A stretch of DNA of 64,000 nt from Candidatus Jordarchaeales archaeon (lineage in GTDB: Archaea > Asgardarchaeota > Jordiarchaeia > Jordiarchaeales > Freyrarchaeaceae). The stretch lies in contig JAWAHN010000001.1 in NCBI GenBank assembly GCA_038889235.1, positions 631,459-695,458 of the forward strand. The letters run 5' to 3'. Below, one piece after another: positions 58,456 to 64,000 of this stretch. Position 1 is the first letter of the stretch. Every line of letters begins with the position of its first letter. The notes under the pieces are model-generated. The model searched no databases, was not told the origin of the DNA, and saw only the letters and a program-made list of their open reading frames with translations. Both the position numbers and the translations under genes were made by a program.

Positions 58456-61400
58456 CCGAGAAGGTTGTGTCACTTATTGCTAGTAGGCTTGGACTTAAAG
58501 ATAATGAAGCCAGGGTCTATGAAATACTTCTTTCTTATAGGGTTCTTACAGCAGGAGAGATATCGTACTACACGTCTTTTCCAATATCCGAAGTTAATGC
58601 AATTCTCCACTCTCTCATAAACAAGGGGTTAGTTATTCGTATACCGGGAGTTGTCGAAAAATACATGCTCATTACTCCTTTTAAGGTGTTTTTCGAGACT
58701 GCTGGTGAGACTTCGAAAGTTGCTAGAGGAGTAGAGGAGAGACTGGAGAAGTACTCGGAAGTTATTAAAACAGACTTGGGAAGCTTCATTGAAAGTTTTA
58801 AGTCCAAACTAGAAAGTTTTGTGAGCAGAGAAACGCAGAATATAAAAAGTAAAGCCGGTGAGACTAGTGCTCTCTTGGAAGCGCTGACTACACAAGAAAA
58901 GGCGAAATTGGGTGACGCAGCAAAAGACGTAGATTCTTGCTTCGAAGTAGAGTTAGAAACACATAGAAAACTTAGTGAAGATTTATTGGCCAACTTTAGA
59001 GGTGAAGTAGAAAAGAAAATAGAAGATTCCTTAAAAAAAGTAGAGGGCTCTGTCAAACAGAGCGCGGTAAAAGCGTTGAGCGCCTTTACATCCACTATGG
59101 GTGACTTGAGCGCTCAGTTAGGGAGTTTTGAAAAGAAGATATTAAACGAGATTACCGTGATATCGAAGGAAGTTGACTCGCTTCCGGAAAAAATTGCTGA
59201 AAAAATAACTGATGCCAAGAAAGAGTTCGATACTAAAGTAAGAAACGTTTTAGAGAGTTCCAAAGAGCAAACTTCGAGTGTTGTAAACGCGTTAAAAAAT
59301 GAGATTAACGAGCATGTGAAGGCTGTGGAAAGGCTTACGTTTGAAAGCATTAGAAGGGACGCCTTAAAGTTGAGGGAGCATGTTGAAAAAATAGGACGAG
59401 AGCTAGAGACGTTTATAAATGATTCGACGTCAAATACCGCGAAAAGCGTTTCATCCATTTACACGGCGGTTTCAAAACCTCTTCGATCCTTAAAGGTAGA
59501 GTATGAAAGAGAGATGCAAAAAATTTTAGAACAGATGGGTAGACTCACGGATAGCAGCGTTCGCCGTTTTTCTTCGATTATTGATGAAACGAAAACTAAA
59601 GTGGCTGAGCAGATTAAGTCATACGTTGAACTCCAAAAGGATGTTTTAGACGAATTTAAGTCAAAAATAGATGGACATATATTATCCAGTATTAAAGAGT
59701 TCAGTACGGCTTCTTCTTCGATAAAGGAGCGTTTCAAAGAAGTTGTAATGGAGGAGAAAAGTACTACAAGTAAAGTTTTTGAGTGGACAAGAGAGGTGGT
59801 TAAGTCACTTATTCTGGAGCACACTGACGTGGTAAAGAGCACTTTAAGGGAGATTGAAAAGAAACTTCACGACGCATTGATCATGGAAAGTGAAAGTGAG
59901 GAAAAAGATTACTCCAAATTCAAAGACACATTCTCTTCCATGCTGGAAGTTTCTAAGCGAGAAATACTGGAAGTAGCAAAAGTAACGTCTAGAAGCGTGC
60001 TCAGAGAGATACATACTCAGACGGATGTAATTATAAGTGAACTGAGAAAGTTAAGGGAGAAAGTTTTCGAAAATATTAAGGAAGAATTGAGGAAAATCAA
60101 GTGGGAGGCTGAGGAGGCAAGGAGGAGCGTTGAAAGGCTTCTATCTCAACGTGTCGCATACATGGAGGAACAAGCTGAGCTCATGAGGCAACGATTAGAC
60201 GAAACAATCAAAAAGAAGCTCGAGGAGATAAACTCCAATTTTGGAGTTATAAGGGCAGGATTTCTTGAAGTGATGGACGGAATATTGGCTAGGTTTGCCG
60301 AAATTGTGGAAGAAACCAAGAACAGTTTTTCGCTATCAATTAATTCTCAATTCTCTTTCTTTAAGGAGAGCCTCGAGAAACTTGACCTAGCGCTCACAGA
60401 AGAACTGAAACAGCAAGTGGAAGCCGCCAAAGCGGAGGCCAACGAGTTTCTCTTAAGTTTTTCGAAAGAGTTGGAGGGAAGAATCCTAAAGGTGGAGGAG
60501 CTCACGAAGCAAATCATCGATAACATAGAGGGCACATTTAAAAAGCAGGAGAAGATTAGTAGGAACCTTAGAAACACAGTTTCGTCTTACTTTGTCCAAG
60601 AGTTGAGACGATACATAGATGCGTTCTCTAATACTACCCTACTGCTTAACGAGCGTTTGACTTCGCTCTTAGATGCGAGAATAAAAACCCTGGAAAGACT
60701 TAGAAGCAGGCTCGAAAAGGAAATTTCATCTTTAATTGCTAGCAAAGAGGAGCTAATAGAGGAGAAAAATGCCAGTTTAAGAGACACAGTGGATGCGCAC
60801 ATTTCGGAGAGATACAAAGAGTATACAGAGTTGCTGGAAAACACTATTAGGGAAATTGAAAAGATGCTTTACGAGCATGTAGAGCGATTCAAAGGTCACA
60901 TGGAGGAGGTTTCAAGGAAGCTGGCAGAAACCGTCAGGGAAACTCTGGGAAAGATATCTAAGATTTCCGATAGTAGCACAAGGGAGTTGGCGGCTTTGCT
61001 GAGCGTTGAACAAGAAACCGTTGTTAACGAAACGAAAAATTTGATTGAGGAAGCAAATAAGACATTTGAACAATATGTTAGAGCTCTGAGAAATAGCATT
61101 GCAACTTGTCTAGATAATTTAGTGGAAGAAGTGGCGAAACAGATAGAGAGCCTGAAAGATAAAAGGGATTATCTTGCGACAGCATTGAAAGGCAGTATGA
61201 TAGCGAGTATTGAACAATTTGAAACTACACTTAAAGAATTAGAGAGCGATTTAACTTTAGGCATGGAAGGTGAATTAAAGAAAGTTGATTCATTGACTGC
61301 ACAGCTAGAAGTAAGGTTGCAATCTTTGCTTGATAAGCTGAAAAGTGACGGATGGGCATATTCGGATTACTTACTAGAAGAAAGCGCAAATATACTTAAG

Positions 61401-62378
61401 AGAAGCGCTGAAAGTGTGAGAACTATTCTGGAGTCTGCAAGTCGAAAAATTACTGAAATCATAGTGGAAGACAAAAAGGTTTTGGGTTCGAAGACTGATG
61501 AAGCAAGAAACTTGATTGAAGGAATAACGAAGGAGACAATAGAAGAAATTGAGAGCGCGGCGCGTAGAATACATGACGAGATAACTATTCTCGTAAGTAG
61601 GTATCGTGAAGAGACGGAAAAAATTATGCATGAAACCAGGAAGCGCATAGTTAGTGAGTTTAAAAGATGCGTTGAAAAACAAGAGAAGGACGTTGAGGAT
61701 GTTAGCCGCAACATAACGGAAATGCTTGCCCAGTTAGTGGAGAGCTACGAAAAAATGCTGAAGGAGTTCAGCAACGATTTGTCGGTTCATGTAAGCGAGT
61801 TCTACAAGAGAGTGGTTGAGAACGTAAGAGGAACAACGGATACTCTATGTGAAAGCATCAGAAAGTTGCTAGAGGAGTTAAAGTATACTGAGGAAATTAT
61901 GCAACTAACGTGGAGCGAAGTAACAAAAGCGCCTTTGGCTTTAGAAAAAACCTCGTTCGTAGTGACACGAGAAGCGGCGCGCGTACGAGTAAAGGACATG
62001 GTGGCACGGGCTAAAAAGTCACTAGTAGTTGTGGCTCCTAACCTGGAGGAGCTCCCGGTGCAGGAAATACTAGAATTGAAGCCTTCGGTAAGAGTATATC
62101 TGTTTACAGATTTCGAATTACCAAGGCAAATTGACACGTTGAGGAGTTTGGTGAGTAAAAGTGGTGTGCGTTTGTGGAGAAGAGAAGAAAAGGAATTTTT
62201 CATATGTCTGCGAGACGATGAAGAAATGTTTATCGCTCCAGTGTCAAAAGAGGAGCCTTTAGTAGCTGTGGTGAGTGAAGAACAAAGTTACATCGAAGCG
62301 TATAAACGTTCACTGCTACCTCTCATTAGGTCAACGTCCAAAGAAGTGAGATTGGAAGATATACAGAGCGCCAAGTGA
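58452..62378 (+). CDS. Giant coiled-coil protein with N-terminal TrmB-like winged helix and TrmB-like C-terminal domain
   Basis: 1308 aa single ORF; N-terminal RVYEILLSYRVLTAGEISYYTSFPISEVNAILHSLINKGLV (wHTH), roughly 1000 aa of low-complexity E/K/L-rich heptad sequence, C-terminal globular domain (SLVVVAPNLEELPVQEILELKPSVRVYLFTD). Confidence 0.6.
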   Translation: MTEKVVSLIASRLGLKDNEARVYEILLSYRVLTAGEISYYTSFPISEVNAILHSLINKGLVIRIPGVVEKYMLITPFKVFFETAGETSKVARGVEERLEKYSEVIKTDLGSFIESFKSKLESFVSRETQNIKSKAGETSALLEALTTQEKAKLGDAAKDVDSCFEVELETHRKLSEDLLANFRGEVEKKIEDSLKKVEGSVKQSAVKALSAFTSTMGDLSAQLGSFEKKILNEITVISKEVDSLPEKIAEKITDAKKEFDTKVRNVLESSKEQTSSVVNALKNEINEHVKAVERLTFESIRRDALKLREHVEKIGRELETFINDSTSNTAKSVSSIYTAVSKPLRSLKVEYEREMQKILEQMGRLTDSSVRRFSSIIDETKTKVAEQIKSYVELQKDVLDEFKSKIDGHILSSIKEFSTASSSIKERFKEVVMEEKSTTSKVFEWTREVVKSLILEHTDVVKSTLREIEKKLHDALIMESESEEKDYSKFKDTFSSMLEVSKREILEVAKVTSRSVLREIHTQTDVIISELRKLREKVFENIKEELRKIKWEAEEARRSVERLLSQRVAYMEEQAELMRQRLDETIKKKLEEINSNFGVIRAGFLEVMDGILARFAEIVEETKNSFSLSINSQFSFFKESLEKLDLALTEELKQQVEAAKAEANEFLLSFSKELEGRILKVEELTKQIIDNIEGTFKKQEKISRNLRNTVSSYFVQELRRYIDAFSNTTLLLNERLTSLLDARIKTLERLRSRLEKEISSLIASKEELIEEKNASLRDTVDAHISERYKEYTELLENTIREIEKMLYEHVERFKGHMEEVSRKLAETVRETLGKISKISDSSTRELAALLSVEQETVVNETKNLIEEANKTFEQYVRALRNSIATCLDNLVEEVAKQIESLKDKRDYLATALKGSMIASIEQFETTLKELESDLTLGMEGELKKVDSLTAQLEVRLQSLLDKLKSDGWAYSDYLLEESANILKRSAESVRTILESASRKITEIIVEDKKVLGSKTDEARNLIEGITKETIEEIESAARRIHDEITILVSRYREETEKIMHETRKRIVSEFKRCVEKQEKDVEDVSRNITEMLAQLVESYEKMLKEFSNDLSVHVSEFYKRVVENVRGTTDTLCESIRKLLEELKYTEEIMQLTWSEVTKAPLALEKTSFVVTREAARVRVKDMVARAKKSLVVVAPNLEELPVQEILELKPSVRVYLFTDFELPRQIDTLRSLVSKSGVRLWRREEKEFFICLRDDEEMFIAPVSKEEPLVAVVSEEQSYIEAYKRSLLPLIRSTSKEVRLEDIQSAK

Positions 62379-62481
62379 GTAAGAGTGGATATTTCGTTCA
62401 TCATACTCGGCCTTATAAGATGCAATGCTTCTAGAGATGAAACGAAGTAAAAGGGCAGAAAAGAGAGCTAGGTAGATCTCA

Positions 62482-62829
62482 ATGATAAAGTGGGAGACTC
62501 CAAGTGATGAAGAGGCACTAAGAGAGGTCGAGACGCTTAAGAAGTTCGTGAAAGGTGACTATGTGAAAATAGCAATACTAGAGCAGCTTATCAAGGGTGG
62601 TTGGTGTACTTTAAGCGAGTTGTGTAGAGCGGCGAAGGTGTACGATAGGTATGTTGGACAGGTAAGGGTAGCAACCATTTTGCAATACCTAGAAAGCATA
62701 ACTAGGGGGCTTCTAGAGAGGGATGAAGGAGATTTTTGCGTGAGGTGGAGGATTAAGCCTGAAAGGAAAAAGATAATTGAAAAATGGATTGAAGAAATCA
62801 AATCCGCACCTTACCGTAAAAGCTTCTGA
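62482..62829 (+). CDS. Small winged-helix DNA-binding protein
   Basis: 115 aa; KIAILEQLIKGGWCTLSELCRAAKVYDRYVGQVRVATILQYLES wHTH-like segment. Confidence 0.45.
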   Translation: MIKWETPSDEEALREVETLKKFVKGDYVKIAILEQLIKGGWCTLSELCRAAKVYDRYVGQVRVATILQYLESITRGLLERDEGDFCVRWRIKPERKKIIEKWIEEIKSAPYRKSF

Positions 62830-62835
62830 AAATTT

Positions 62836-63447
62836 TTAATCCACTTTTAATTCCTCAATGCTATTTTTGGTTATCTTAAATATCTGGATGGGGCCTCCTG
62901 ACGCCGTATCGCGTGATCTGGCCGCTTTTATTGCTCGTTCGGCTAAAGCGACCGCTTCATCTACGGTTATGCCTTCTTTGTATTCGTCTTCTAAAACTCC
63001 AAATGCTATTACTGAGCCGGACCCCGTTGCACCGAACTTATCTTCTTCTATTATGCTCCCTAAGGGGTCTAGGGTGAATATGTGGGGGCCTGTGTCGTCC
63101 ACCCCACCTAAGATTAACATGCTGACATATGGGAAGAGCCTGTTTTGGAAGAGGATTAATGATGCGAGGCGGGCTGCGGCTTTAACAGAAACATCCCTTT
63201 TGAGCTCTAGCTTCAAGAGTGCAAGGTTTGCTTTTAGCACATCCACGACATGCTGGCAGTCTGCAACGGAGCCACTTATCGTTACTGCAATTCTATCTGC
63301 AATTTTGAATATCTTTGGAGCAGAAGTGCTTGCAATAATATTCCCCATTGTTGCTTGAGATTCCGTCGCGAGCACAACGCCATCTTTGCATACAATTCCG
63401 ACGGTTGTCGTACCACTCATAAAAACTTTTGAATTATCTCGTTGCAT
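62836..63447 (-). CDS. psmB: Proteasome beta subunit
   Basis: 203 aa; propeptide followed by GTTTVGIV catalytic N-terminal Thr motif. Confidence 0.9.
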   Translation of the reverse strand: MQRDNSKVFMSGTTTVGIVCKDGVVLATESQATMGNIIASTSAPKIFKIADRIAVTISGSVADCQHVVDVLKANLALLKLELKRDVSVKAAARLASLILFQNRLFPYVSMLILGGVDDTGPHIFTLDPLGSIIEEDKFGATGSGSVIAFGVLEDEYKEGITVDEAVALAERAIKAARSRDTASGGPIQIFKITKNSIEELKVD

Positions 63448-63580
63448 GGGGACCCCCTTCGCCTTCCCTTCATTGAACTTAAAGCATTAAGTCCAAAGAA
63501 TAAATGAAGGTATATAAACTCTTCTTCATCAGTACAGTAACCAAGAAATGTAGTTTATAAAGTAAATTTACAGGATGTTT

Positions 63581-63671
63581 TGGTGGGCGGGCCAGGATTT
63601 GAACCTGGGACCTCCACGGTGTCAACTTCGCCCTTTCTGTGTGGCGTCATAACCAGCTAGACTACCCGCCC
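63581..63671 (-). tRNA. tRNA-Val (anticodon GAC), one intron, CCA encoded
   Basis: Minus strand: acceptor GGGCGGG/CCCGCCC, disc A, CCA; T-arm CCAGG-TTCAAAT-CCTGG; anticodon stem CCAC[14-nt insert]G / CGTGG with loop TTGACAC. Confidence 0.65.
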
Positions 63672-63689
63672 ACAAGTGTAAAATGTGAT

Positions 63690-63828
63690 TGGTGGACCCC
63701 GCGGGACTTATTCAGCTTTTTGTGAGCCTTTGAATTCGCGGCCTCCTGGGCTCCCGCGGCCTCCGCGATGCCGACGCGCCTCCTTTTCGGAGGAAACGCG
63801 GTGCTCTACCAGGCTGAGCTAGGGGCCC
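63690..63828 (-). tRNA. tRNA-Ala (anticodon UGC or GGC), intron-containing, CCA encoded
   Basis: Minus strand: acceptor GGGCCCC/GGGGTCC giving the G3:U70 Ala identity pair, disc A, CCA; D-arm GCTC-AGCCTGGTA-GAGC; anticodon stem CCGCG/CGCGG with about 22-nt insert; T region carries about 40 nt of insert. Confidence 0.6.
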
Positions 63829-64000
63829 ACCGTGATTGAGAAAATAATTGAGGGCATTTAAGTATTTTTCGGGGGGATTTGAGGACAAGATAACTATTGG
63901 AAAGGTCTTGGAAGTGATTTCGCCTTTGGATTGAATGATTGATTTTTACAAGCTTTTTATGCCTTTTTAACTACAGTTGATGCTTAGTAATAGGGGGGCG

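Noticed and set aside
58568-62203. Several 100-175-aa minus-strand ORFs inside the giant coiled-coil gene
   Set aside because: All are antisense to a single uninterrupted 3.9-kb plus-strand ORF; their translations are Ser/Leu/Phe-rich, as expected opposite E/K-rich codons.
1-64000. CRISPR arrays, rRNA genes, transposases or integrases
   Set aside because: No regularly spaced direct repeats, no rRNA-like conserved stretches and no recognisable transposase or integrase motifs were seen; this window is core chromosome rather than a mobile element.

Overview
Archaeal chromosome segment (about 45% GC), densely packed with housekeeping genes on both strands. Shine-Dalgarno-like GGAGG motifs sit upstream of many starts, and the tRNAs carry multiple introns, which fits a TACK-type (Thermoproteales-like) or related archaeon; the lineage cannot be fixed from sequence alone. 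All family calls are from reading the translated ORFs for motifs; no database search was run. Recognisable content: arginine/lysine-pathway genes (LysZ/ArgB fragment, M20 deacylase, OTC-family carbamoyltransferase), LarC and LarB (nickel-pincer cofactor), QueC, SAH hydrolase, MetRS, AlaRS, uS19, a sugar nucleotidyltransferase plus epimerase pair, an Fe-S/ferredoxin/CYTH/HypC operon, archease, a replication cluster (OB-fold protein, PCNA, PriL, PriS, GINS) directly upstream of ribosomal L11-L1-L10(P0)-L12(P1), ThiL, SRP54, TrmY-Pus10, Sec61beta, ZPR1, RPA, class I fumarase alpha/beta, NucS/EndoMS, KaiC-like ATPase, Lrp/AsnC, AMP phosphorylase, ATP-dependent DNA ligase, the DUF39-CBS/NIL-ferredoxin homocysteine pair, proteasome beta, and eight tRNA genes. 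The most unusual content: (1) an operon at 56405-62829 encoding a 1308-aa protein with a TrmB-like winged helix at the N-terminus, roughly 1000 aa of coiled coil and a TrmB-like C-terminal domain, flanked by uncharacterised proteins; (2) a cluster at 45478-48602 of Roadblock/LC7 and longin-like proteins with coiled-coil and wHTH partners; (3) a Rab-like small GTPase at 17877-18407; (4) three genes whose conserved N-termini lie upstream of any ATG/GTG/TTG and appear to start at SD-preceded ATA/ATT codons. No CRISPR array, rRNA or recognisable transposase was seen.
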